Positions 29,135-37,977 of a stretch of DNA of 41,245 bases are shown piece after piece. Each line of letters begins with the position of its first letter. Position 1 is the stretch's first letter. A program made the translations under genes and the position numbers. Under the pieces are notes generated by a model. That model was not told the DNA's origin. It searched no databases and saw only the letters and a program-made list of their open reading frames with translations. The stretch is from Clostridia bacterium (lineage in GTDB: Bacteria; Bacillota; Clostridia; Christensenellales; CAG-314), in the NCBI GenBank assembly GCA_036653075.1, contig JAVVUQ010000003.1, positions 1-41,245 on the forward strand, given 5' to 3'.

Positions 29135-29863
29135 GTGAAAACTAAAGATAAAACAACTAAACAATGGATTACGTTATTAGTAAGCGTTATATTAAAACTA
29201 ACATTAGTAATATTCGTTATTATTGGAATATGTAAAACTATGGGATACGAAGGTTTTATGGGCGGGGCTAAAGCGCTTTTATATTTTACTATACAAAGTA
29301 ACATTACAATTGCCATAGTAATGTTTGCTTTTGCCATAATTAATTGCGTTGAGTTTTTTACTAATAAAAAAATTATTAATAACCTTATTTTAAAAATTAA
29401 ATTTTCTTTTACAACAGCAATAGCGATTACAGGTTTTGTTTTTACTTTAATACTTGCGCCACGAATAGAAGGAGTTAATTTATTTAATTTTATCAATTTT
29501 GCGTTACACGTATTTGTGCCTATTTTAGCAATTGTGGATTTTTATTTTTTTGATTACGAATTAACAACAAAACCAGTTGATTGCTTGTTGGCTGCGCCTA
29601 TGCCGTTATTTTATTTGATTTTCGCTTTAATAGTATCAACAACGGGCGTAGTTTATAATAATGGCACTAATGTCCCGTATTTTTTCTTGGATTATAAAAC
29701 ACTTGGCTGGTTTTCAATGGATAAGGGTTTGGGCGTCGCATATTGGATTATTATTTTATTTGTAGCAATAATGGGCTTAAGCGCTTTAATGCTATTTGTC
29801 AAAAATTTAATATTTAAAATACATATTAAACGCAACAAACATAATATTACAACTAAAAATTAA
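29135..29863 (+). CDS. Pr6Pr / FAR-17a-AIG1-like integral membrane protein
   Basis: YFTIQSN, LH...P...VD, PYFFLD motifs; about 6 TM helices; AAGGAG RBS and GTG start. Confidence 0.85.
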   Translation: MKTKDKTTKQWITLLVSVILKLTLVIFVIIGICKTMGYEGFMGGAKALLYFTIQSNITIAIVMFAFAIINCVEFFTNKKIINNLILKIKFSFTTAIAITGFVFTLILAPRIEGVNLFNFINFALHVFVPILAIVDFYFFDYELTTKPVDCLLAAPMPLFYLIFALIVSTTGVVYNNGTNVPYFFLDYKTLGWFSMDKGLGVAYWIIILFVAIMGLSALMLFVKNLIFKIHIKRNKHNITTKN

Positions 29864-29989
29864 ATTAGTATAAAAATGAATATTACAACTAAAAATTAAT
29901 TTAGTATAAAAATTAATATTACAACAAAAATTTAAATTAGCATAAAAATCAATATCACAACAAACAAAATTTAAAATTAGCACAAAAAG
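29843..29989. repeat. 4 x 36-bp tandem repeat starting in the gene 3' end
   Basis: AATATTACAACTAAAAATTAAATTAGTATAAAAAT units at 29843, 29879, 29915 and 29951. Confidence 0.9.
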
Positions 29990-30100
29990 TATTTAAAATA
30001 AAATATAATATCATTTATATAGATTAAATATAAAATTAAGTAATAAATAAAGTAATAAATCAATATAAAATTAAATTTACAATACAATTTGGCGTAAAAA

Positions 30101-31498
30101 CTAATTAATATTATCCAAAATGTCTTTTTCAAGGTTTAAAAGTTTGCAAACTTTTATTGCGTCAGCCGAAACAGGGCAGCTATTTGAAACTTTTTGTATG
30201 TTATAATCCATAACATCGGCTATATCGTCGATTCCGAGGTTTAAGCAATCGCAATTTGCCAATCCAACAATTTGATAGTGAGTGTTTGCGACGTTTGCGA
30301 CGGTGTCAAAATGCGTAGTCATTACACAAACGACTTCTTTACTGTTAAAATATTGAGCGGTTGCCCTTGCTATTTTAGTTCCTTCAATAGGATTAGTTCC
30401 GCGCGCAAATTCGTCCATTAATAATAGTACATAACTATTTGAAACAGTTTCCACACAGTCATTAAGCTTTAAAATTTCACCGCCAAATGAAGATAAACCA
30501 CGTTTGCTGTCCTCTAAATCTTCAGATATCGATATAATTTCGTCAAAAAGCATAATTTCCGCAATATCGGCGAAAACAAAAAATCCAATTGACGCAAGAT
30601 ACACATTAAGCGCTAAAGTTTTTAAAATTACACTTTTTCCGCTCATATTAGCGCCAGATATTATTGTAGTACCTTGCTTGAGTTCAATCGTAACAGGCGT
30701 AAATGCGTGGCTACGTTGTTCAAGCATATCAGCAATATACGGATTATACATATCTTCGAAGTAAATCCTATTAGTTATTATTGGTCGAGCTAAGTTCCAA
30801 TCATCAGCAAGGCAAGCTTTCACAATAGTTAAATCCAATTTTCCAAGCGTGTGAGCGCTGTCAATAAGCAGGTCGCTATACTCAGATAGTTTGGTGGATA
30901 AATCAGTTAAAATACGTTGCTGCTCATCATATTCATCATTTACAATGCGCATACGCTGCGTTTTTAAATATTCATCATTTGGATTTAATCGAAGTTGCGA
31001 TTCAATAGAATTTTTAGTTTGACGACAAGTAGCAAGCTTTTCCGAATATATCGAATCAAGCGAAAATGCAAGATTGCGTGTTTTGGACGGGTCTAAAATA
31101 TCTAATATTTGCGTTAAATCATCTATAAAAATATTATTTAATTCTACTTTTTCACATAATGGCTGAAAAATAGTTTCAATACTTTTCATTGATAATGCAA
31201 AACTTTTAATTTCAAAAAGTTCAGTTTCGCTCATCACAGAATTTTTACATTTAATAAAAGTATTAATTATATCTTTTATAGGATATAGGCGTTGTCTTAA
31301 TCTATCCCAGTCCGCTCTCATTTCAGGAAAGGAATTAAAAATTGCTTCAACATTGTTAAGCTCATCGTTCAAATCGTTTTTTTCTAAAGGAGTAAAAGGT
31401 AAAAAGTTTTTTAACCGCCTTTTTCCAAGCGGCGAAAGCTTAAGCATATCAAAAACGAAATCCACGCCAATGTTTATCTTTTGTTGAAATGAAAGCAT
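30101..31498 (-). CDS. MutS-related ATPase (domain V), KamC-like
   Basis: GANMSGKS, SSFGGE, DEFARGTNP.EG, TTH, C-terminal MDY...A..V..LL.L; lacks mismatch-binding and Smr domains. Confidence 0.85.
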   Translation of the reverse strand: MLSFQQKINIGVDFVFDMLKLSPLGKRRLKNFLPFTPLEKNDLNDELNNVEAIFNSFPEMRADWDRLRQRLYPIKDIINTFIKCKNSVMSETELFEIKSFALSMKSIETIFQPLCEKVELNNIFIDDLTQILDILDPSKTRNLAFSLDSIYSEKLATCRQTKNSIESQLRLNPNDEYLKTQRMRIVNDEYDEQQRILTDLSTKLSEYSDLLIDSAHTLGKLDLTIVKACLADDWNLARPIITNRIYFEDMYNPYIADMLEQRSHAFTPVTIELKQGTTIISGANMSGKSVILKTLALNVYLASIGFFVFADIAEIMLFDEIISISEDLEDSKRGLSSFGGEILKLNDCVETVSNSYVLLLMDEFARGTNPIEGTKIARATAQYFNSKEVVCVMTTHFDTVANVANTHYQIVGLANCDCLNLGIDDIADVMDYNIQKVSNSCPVSADAIKVCKLLNLEKDILDNIN

Positions 31499-31546
31499 AA
31501 AAATCTCCTTTTTTATTTTTATAGTTATAAATTTAATATAAATTCA

Positions 31547-31578
31547 ACTACCATTTTAATATCACTTAAAATGGTAGT
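31547..31578. repeat. Perfect 13-bp inverted repeat (operator or terminator)
   Basis: ACTACCATTTTAA-6 nt-TTAAAATGGTAGT. Confidence 0.8.
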
Positions 31579-31605
31579 ATAAAACATCAATTATGCAAAA
31601 TTTAA

Positions 31606-31648
31606 GACTTGATGATAGATTCAAGTCACCAACTTTAGAGTTGGTGAC
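31606..31648. repeat. Two overlapping inverted repeats
   Basis: GACTTGA/TCAAGTC and GTCACCAACT/AGTTGGTGAC sharing GTC. Confidence 0.8.
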
Positions 31649-31849
31649 AAAAACTCACTGTGTAATGTTTTTATATCCCTATTTATTATTTATTATTTTT
31701 ATAGTTTTTATTATAGTTTTATGATTTTTATTATATATTATATATTATATATTAAAGTTTAATTTTTTCATAGTTTTATAGCTTTATAGCTTTTATTATA
31801 TTTTTATGATTTTTATTATAGTTGTAGTTTTATTTTTTCATAATTTTTA

Positions 31850-32614
31850 TTATTTTTTTCTAAACATAGTTACTATTGAGTTAAAAATAGGAATAGTTAA
31901 GAAAATTAACCAACCTGGGTGCCACCACGTAGTGCCAAATATAAATCCAAGAGTTACGTATACAATGACGCAAAGTAGAGGGTAAGAAAATCTCGCCCAA
32001 ATAGATTTTACGCTACCTTCTGTAATCCAATAAAATAAGGGAACAGTTAAGAAAATAAGCAAGCCCCAGCCCCAGATGTTCCAAATACTGCCTATTATTA
32101 AATAAACAAGCAAGCATAAGATAGGATAAGGGAAAGAACGCCATCTTTGACTTACAGCAGATGTAACAATTCCATAGTACATCGGAATGGTTAAAAAAAT
32201 CATCCACATTGGATGCCAAAGCGATGAGCCATCGGGAGCTTTGCATATAAATCCGACAAGCAAGAAGACAACGATGCAAATCATAGGATAAGGGAACTTA
32301 TACCAACGTTTAGCATTTTGCCGACGGGCATAATCAGCGTCACTCATACCTCTACTTGTATGATTGTCGTCGTCATTATCATTAGAATTAAAGTGAAATG
32401 AAAAGCTGTTATTATCATTATCTCCTCGTAATGTTTCCTTATCGACGTTAAACAGCTCAGAAAGTCTTTCAATTTGTTCGCTTGTAGGCGTGCGTTTACC
32501 TTCTTCCCAATCAATAACTTCATCGGCTGTTGAATCAGTAAAATCTGCCACTTGTGATACGGTAAGTCCGTGTTTTCGTCTAAATTTCAGTAAATTATCA
32601 GATAGTTTGCTCAT
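31850..32614 (-). CDS. XRE-family HTH protein with C-terminal repeated membrane domain
   Basis: NLLKFRRKHGLT..QVA...WEEGKRTP...LSELF; three TM-hairpin repeats; start moved to ATG 32614 behind GGAGGT. Confidence 0.88.
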   Translation of the reverse strand: MSKLSDNLLKFRRKHGLTVSQVADFTDSTADEVIDWEEGKRTPTSEQIERLSELFNVDKETLRGDNDNNSFSFHFNSNDNDDDNHTSRGMSDADYARRQNAKRWYKFPYPMICIVVFLLVGFICKAPDGSSLWHPMWMIFLTIPMYYGIVTSAVSQRWRSFPYPILCLLVYLIIGSIWNIWGWGLLIFLTVPLFYWITEGSVKSIWARFSYPLLCVIVYVTLGFIFGTTWWHPGWLIFLTIPIFNSIVTMFRKK

Positions 32615-32778
32615 ATCTAATACCTCCTCAATATAAAATTGTTTTTTATAGTAAAATTTAAGTTTTATACTTTTATACTTCAAAGTTTTAAGTTTTATAC
32701 TTGTGTAATTAAAAATTATGGTTTTATACTTGTATGATTTTATATATGATTTTATATATGAATTTATTGTGTTGTTTT

Positions 32779-33777
32779 TTATAATAATTTAAAAGAATAT
32801 CTTCCCTTATTACCAAAACATTCGGCTGTCATAATTGCGCCGCAAACAATTGGATTGATGGGTGGTTTATGTCCAAAATCTGCATCAAAGATAATAGGGA
32901 GGGTATCGCCGAGTATTTCTTTTACGGCAGAAACAAAGTTGTAGCCGCAATATTCACTGTCAATAAAGGGGCGTCCAAAAATGTAACCCGATGCGTAATT
33001 AAACCAGCCGCAATTTTTCAATTGCCACAAAGCGCGAAGCACGGCGACGCTATTTAAGTCGCACGATTCCATAAACCATAAAATGCCGTCATTTTTATAT
33101 TTATTTATAAAATCTTTAGTTTTATCAAATTGTGTGCCTGCGATACAAGTCAATAAATCCAAGCAACCGCCGATGGCTCTGCCTGTGATTTTTTCGTTTT
33201 TTCCGCTAAGTGTTTTCCATTCAGTTGGATATTTAAAGTTACAGCCGCCACGAGTATTTGCTGATACAAGTTGTTCTATTTGAAAAAACGATGAAGATTC
33301 GAAGTTTAATTTTTTACCAAGCAGCAAATCGGAGGTAAATTTTACGCTTTTATCCATAGGGTCATTACCGAATGCACCTATATTATATCCATAAATTGCA
33401 GCTGTGTCAAGAGTTGTTAACAAATAATATATAATAGCGGTATTATCGGAATATCCAAGCATCCACGTAGGCTTGCAATTATTTAAATCAGATAATTCGT
33501 TTAATACAAGTAGTTCTGTTTCACCGCCAGAAGCGGATATAATGGCATTTGATTTGCCATATAAAGACATAAATTCAGTAGCGCGTGTTTTAGCATTTGA
33601 ACTTGCTCCGATGTCTATAGTAAAAGTGTTTGGCGTATTAATTACGTTGATGTCCATTTCATTGAAATATTTAACTGCATATTTATAACGCAAAAGGTCG
33701 CATTCTTCTGTTATTCCGTAAGATAATGCCGTAACTGCTATTGTATCTCCACTTTTTAAAAATTCAGGAAATTTCAT
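32779..33777 (-). CDS. S66 family peptidase (LD-carboxypeptidase/MccF-like)
   Basis: SGG, GYSDNT (Ser), GGCL, FMES (Glu), FGH (His). Confidence 0.92.
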   Translation of the reverse strand: MKFPEFLKSGDTIAVTALSYGITEECDLLRYKYAVKYFNEMDINVINTPNTFTIDIGASSNAKTRATEFMSLYGKSNAIISASGGETELLVLNELSDLNNCKPTWMLGYSDNTAIIYYLLTTLDTAAIYGYNIGAFGNDPMDKSVKFTSDLLLGKKLNFESSSFFQIEQLVSANTRGGCNFKYPTEWKTLSGKNEKITGRAIGGCLDLLTCIAGTQFDKTKDFINKYKNDGILWFMESCDLNSVAVLRALWQLKNCGWFNYASGYIFGRPFIDSEYCGYNFVSAVKEILGDTLPIIFDADFGHKPPINPIVCGAIMTAECFGNKGRYSFKLL

Positions 33778-33890
33778 TTTTCTCCTTAACTATGTAAATA
33801 TTAATCTGTTTATTTTTAAACATCAGTTATATTATATAATAATATAAAGTTTAATTTTTGTTAAAACATTGGCGAGCGTAATATAAAGTC

Positions 33891-33919
33891 TTGCCAAAGT
33901 CATATTGATATGATATAAT
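33891..33919 (+). promoter_or_regulatory. SigA-type promoter of the exporter operon
   Basis: TTGCCA-17-TATAAT with TG; the -35 lies inside an inverted repeat. Confidence 0.6.
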
Positions 33920-34031
33920 ATAATAGATATTATGTCAATTAATATACGCAATTTTATCTCAATTTAATACAAAACAGTGATTTAAAGAGCCTTATATTAA
34001 GATTATGCTAAATCACGTAACAGGAGGTCAA

Positions 34032-34526
34032 GTGTCAAATAAAAATGATACGCTACAAGAAAAGTTAACATTTAAAGAATTATTGGATAAAGGGTTGCAT
34101 TTGTGGTTGTTTTTAGGTGGAATAATCATATTGATAGTATGCGCGCTTGTTTGGGGGTGTACATATCAAATACGTTCTACGGTAGTGGTAAATGGCATTA
34201 CGCATAACAATACTGTTGTTTGTTATGTGGACGCTAAAACGGCATCAAAGCTTTCATCGGGAATGGAAGTATCAATCAATGGTATTTATAGCGGAAGCGT
34301 AAGTATTATAGCAAAATTGCCCTATTCTAAAGCAGAAGTAATGGCGACATTAAAGGGACAATTTATCGATTATACTGCGGCTACATTGAACTTATCCGAG
34401 TGGAATTACAAGGTAATAATTACGCTCGACAGTGGAATAGAAGATAATAAGTTAGTAAAATTAACGGTAATAACCCAAGTAAAAAGACCTATCGATTTCT
34501 TTGGAAAAATAGGAGCAAACGTATGA
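34032..34526 (+). CDS. Short NHLP-bacteriocin-system secretion (HlyD-like) accessory protein
   Basis: Single TM (LWLFL...LVWG), GMEV.I...G.V..I...P.S, C-terminal RPIDFF; GTG start behind AGGAGG. Confidence 0.75.
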   Translation: MSNKNDTLQEKLTFKELLDKGLHLWLFLGGIIILIVCALVWGCTYQIRSTVVVNGITHNNTVVCYVDAKTASKLSSGMEVSINGIYSGSVSIIAKLPYSKAEVMATLKGQFIDYTAATLNLSEWNYKVIITLDSGIEDNKLVKLTVITQVKRPIDFFGKIGANV

Positions 34527-36355
34527 ACGGTTATAAAAATATGCCGATAATACTTGCGCAAGACAGTCAAGCAGCATCGGCTTGTTTGTCGATGATTTTA
34601 GCTTACTATGGAAAAAAAATAAGTTACACAAAGCTTGCGTACGAATCGGGCGCTTTAAATAAAGGAAACGATATTGATGCGATTATAAAATGCGCAAACA
34701 ACTACGGAATTAAAGCTCAATTAATCGCCCCTCCAGTTACAGAAATAGTGACTATTGCGACGCCTTGTTTGCTTTTATATAAAGGTAAATGGTGCGTTTT
34801 AAATAAAATTAAGGATAAATATGCGATTATTACAGCTACGGATAAAGGTAGAAAACAAATTTCAATGGAAGATTTTTTGCAAAACTACTCAGGAAAAGCT
34901 GTTACGGTCGCTTTAAAAGATGGATTTAATTTATTTAATGAAAATGCTTTTAGCGCAAATGAATTCATAAAAAAACAGCTTCAAACAAATTACGTATCCA
35001 TAATCTTTATAAGCTTAAGTTATGTTTTAGCGTCTATTGTATGTATAGTTTTAGCTGCGTTAATGCGTGTTTTTGTGGATAGAATTATTGTTGGAATCGA
35101 TTATAATTGGACATCTACGGTTTTATTTATTACTATTTTAGCTGTTGTTGCGCTAATTATTTTAATAGCCATAAAAAACTCACAATTATTAAAGTTAAGA
35201 AATATTATATCAAATTCTGCCGAAACAGCAATGTTAGAAAAATTGCAGAATATAAATCCACTTTATTTTGCGTGTAATGGTAGCGAATTTGCGATAAATC
35301 ATTTAAATAATAGTAAAAACATAGGAAATGATGTAGCGTTATGCAACATCAAACCATTATTTCAAACTTTTTTTGTTTTGATAATAGCGGTCTATATTTT
35401 AATTTACAATCCTTTATTAGCGTTGCCATCAATAACGTTTACAGTAGCTATTATTACACTGTCGTTATTAATTTACTTTAACATTATAAATTCAAAATTC
35501 AAAGTTGTTTGCTTTTTGCTCGCTATTGTAATGCAAATTGTATCGTTAATTATTGGTATTTTCGTAGCTATTAATAGCGATATTTCTCTTGGAACGGTAA
35601 TTGCTTTTCAGTTTTTGACAGCTATTATTTTAACGACTGCGTCAATGTTACCTGTAAATGCAGAAAAAATGCAAAAAATCCCTTTAGATTTAATACGTTT
35701 TGAAGATGTTATGGGATTAGATATTACGCAAACAAACGAAATAAACAATGGAATAGTTGAATTTGAAAATGTATCCTTTGGCTATAATCTCAATAGTACA
35801 CCGACTTTAAAGAATATTACCTTTAAAACAAATACAAGTGACTTGATTTTAGTATCAGGAAAAAGCGGTAGTGGAAAAACTACATTATTGAAACTTATTG
35901 CGGGAGAGTATTCTGCTTGGTCGGGAATTAGACGATATAACGGAAAAGAATTGAAAACAAAAATTAGCGATTGCGCTTACATTGGCAACGGCGTAGTGTG
36001 GAACGGAAGCGTTATGGACAATTTAAAAATGTTTAACGATTCAATCACAGATGAAATGGTAATATCAGCCGCAAACGAAATTGGGTTAACAAAACAAATT
36101 TTACAAAATAAAGAGGGTTTCAATTATAAAATAAATAACGATAGCGACAATATTTCTTCATCATTACGTAATCTTATCGCATTGACAAGATTATTGATAT
36201 TTATGCCAAAAATTGCGTTAATTGACGAGATTTCCGTCACTATTGGCGAAAACGAAAATGCTTTGCTTGAGGCATTAAAAAAACGCAACATTAATGTTTT
36301 TATTGTCACAAATAGCGAAATTAAATTTGATAAACTTATAAATTTAAATGAATAG
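34523..36355 (+). CDS. C39-domain peptidase/ABC transporter (NHLP type), degenerate
   Basis: ACLSMILAYYG...YSG C39-like domain, R.FVD.I TMD, FENVSFGY, GKSGSGKTT, LIDE. Confidence 0.85.
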   Translation: MNGYKNMPIILAQDSQAASACLSMILAYYGKKISYTKLAYESGALNKGNDIDAIIKCANNYGIKAQLIAPPVTEIVTIATPCLLLYKGKWCVLNKIKDKYAIITATDKGRKQISMEDFLQNYSGKAVTVALKDGFNLFNENAFSANEFIKKQLQTNYVSIIFISLSYVLASIVCIVLAALMRVFVDRIIVGIDYNWTSTVLFITILAVVALIILIAIKNSQLLKLRNIISNSAETAMLEKLQNINPLYFACNGSEFAINHLNNSKNIGNDVALCNIKPLFQTFFVLIIAVYILIYNPLLALPSITFTVAIITLSLLIYFNIINSKFKVVCFLLAIVMQIVSLIIGIFVAINSDISLGTVIAFQFLTAIILTTASMLPVNAEKMQKIPLDLIRFEDVMGLDITQTNEINNGIVEFENVSFGYNLNSTPTLKNITFKTNTSDLILVSGKSGSGKTTLLKLIAGEYSAWSGIRRYNGKELKTKISDCAYIGNGVVWNGSVMDNLKMFNDSITDEMVISAANEIGLTKQILQNKEGFNYKINNDSDNISSSLRNLIALTRLLIFMPKIALIDEISVTIGENENALLEALKKRNINVFIVTNSEIKFDKLINLNE

Positions 36356-36393
36356 TAAACATTATGTAATAAAATAAAAGGCGGTTATTCATT

Positions 36394-37806
36394 TTGAATA
36401 GAATAAATGATATAAAAGTGTTTAAATATGGAAAGAAATATAAGTTGTTCGCTATATTTTCGGCTGTAATGTCGATAATATCAATAACAATTATATCCTA
36501 TGCTGTAAATCTATTGTTTAATGATGTTATAAATATGCATAGTAACCAACTTTTATCTCAAATTGTGTGGTTAATTGTCGGAGCGACTTTGTCATTAGTT
36601 ATATTCTTAGCCTCATATAAAGTTGCGCTTATTCGATTATGCGACGGTGTCGCTATTTTGCAATGCGAAGTTAATATAGCGCAGATACAGGGGACATATA
36701 ATAGTTGTTTTTGTGTATTACTGTTTATTGTTGAGAATTTAAATTTGTATTTTATCAGTTTAAAAATAGGCGTTATTGGAAGTATTGCGGTAATTGTTTT
36801 ATTTATTATTTGCATAATTGCCAACAATAGAATTGATAAAATGGAAAATGAAAATATCAAATATGATACGATTAAAGCCGATAGAAAGCTTTTTATGTAT
36901 GTAACGGCATCTTCATTTAATAAAATACATACGGAAAGTATTAGCAAAAAAATTAATGCAAAGAAAAGCAATATTTCAAGTAAAAGTGAAATTATTGCAA
37001 ATATGAGTTTTATTTCAATGATAGTGGTATGCTTAATTGGTGCTGTTGGAATGTTTGTTACAGTGAAACAATCACAATTATCCGCTTTAATTTCTTATAC
37101 GATAATGGTTACTGTAATTGTTGTTGTAATAATGAATTCTTTAAAAAGAAATAAACTTATAGGTGAAAATATAGAAAAACTTCAAACAACTCAATTAAAT
37201 GGAGCGTTATGTTTGCATAACGTATCGATATATTACGAAAATAAAATTGCTGTAAAAAATATCGACATTGATATAAAAGCCAATGAAAAAATTGCAATAT
37301 ATGGAAAAGGTGGAGCGGGAAAGACAACATTGTTTAAATTAATTAAAGGAAAAATTGATTGTAACGAAGGATGTGTTTATTTTAATAATAATCCTACAAT
37401 GAATAATCCAAAATATTTGCAAAATGGAATAGGTTCTTTATGCGAAGAAAACCAATTGCGACGAGGAAGCGTTTATGAAAATCTAATAGATGACGTTGCG
37501 CGCGTCAACGAAGCGCAAGCGATTGCTGCAATGAAAGCGGTTGGTCTTAACGGAAAAAATATTATAAATAATCTCATAGCGGGAAATGGACAAGGAATAT
37601 CAATAACAGAATCTAAGCAGTTATTGTTAGCAAAAACGATACTACAAGCCCCAAAAATTCTTTTAATTGACGGCGTTTTAGATAGCGTAGATAATGTTTC
37701 AAGAAAGGAAATTTTGGAATCATTAAAACAATTAGATATGACAGTTATAATAATGACAAGCATTATAGAAGTAGCAAATCAAATGCCAAAACATTTTGAT
37801 TTATAA
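36394..37806 (+). CDS. ABC transporter permease/ATPase (second NHLP-type subunit), degenerate
   Basis: TM helices + GKGGAGKTT, GSVYENL, PKILLID; start uncertain. Confidence 0.8.
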   Translation: MNRINDIKVFKYGKKYKLFAIFSAVMSIISITIISYAVNLLFNDVINMHSNQLLSQIVWLIVGATLSLVIFLASYKVALIRLCDGVAILQCEVNIAQIQGTYNSCFCVLLFIVENLNLYFISLKIGVIGSIAVIVLFIICIIANNRIDKMENENIKYDTIKADRKLFMYVTASSFNKIHTESISKKINAKKSNISSKSEIIANMSFISMIVVCLIGAVGMFVTVKQSQLSALISYTIMVTVIVVVIMNSLKRNKLIGENIEKLQTTQLNGALCLHNVSIYYENKIAVKNIDIDIKANEKIAIYGKGGAGKTTLFKLIKGKIDCNEGCVYFNNNPTMNNPKYLQNGIGSLCEENQLRRGSVYENLIDDVARVNEAQAIAAMKAVGLNGKNIINNLIAGNGQGISITESKQLLLAKTILQAPKILLIDGVLDSVDNVSRKEILESLKQLDMTVIIMTSIIEVANQMPKHFDL

Positions 37807-37861
37807 TATAAATAATAATTATAAACAAATAATAAATAAAATAGAAATAAACATAAAAAAT

Positions 37862-37920
37862 TAATGAATATAAAAAGATAATGAATATAAAAAGGTAATG
37901 AATATAAATAGATAATAAAT
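37862..37920. repeat. 3.5 x 17-bp tandem repeat
   Basis: TAATGAATATAAAAAGA at 37862, 37879 and 37896. Confidence 0.85.
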
Positions 37921-37977
37921 TTTGATTATATATATGGCAAAGAAAAAAAGATAATACATAAATATGGCGAGGTTAAA

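Noticed and set aside
29843-29989. 36-bp repeats as a CRISPR array
   Set aside because: Units are directly adjacent with no spacers and no cas genes are present.
30101-31498. Calling the MutS-like gene mutS or mutS2
   Set aside because: At 465 aa it lacks the mismatch-recognition and Smr domains.
28043-37900. tRNA-anchored genomic island
   Set aside because: The accessory genes lie on the 5' side of the tRNA; no integrase or duplicated tRNA 3' end was seen.
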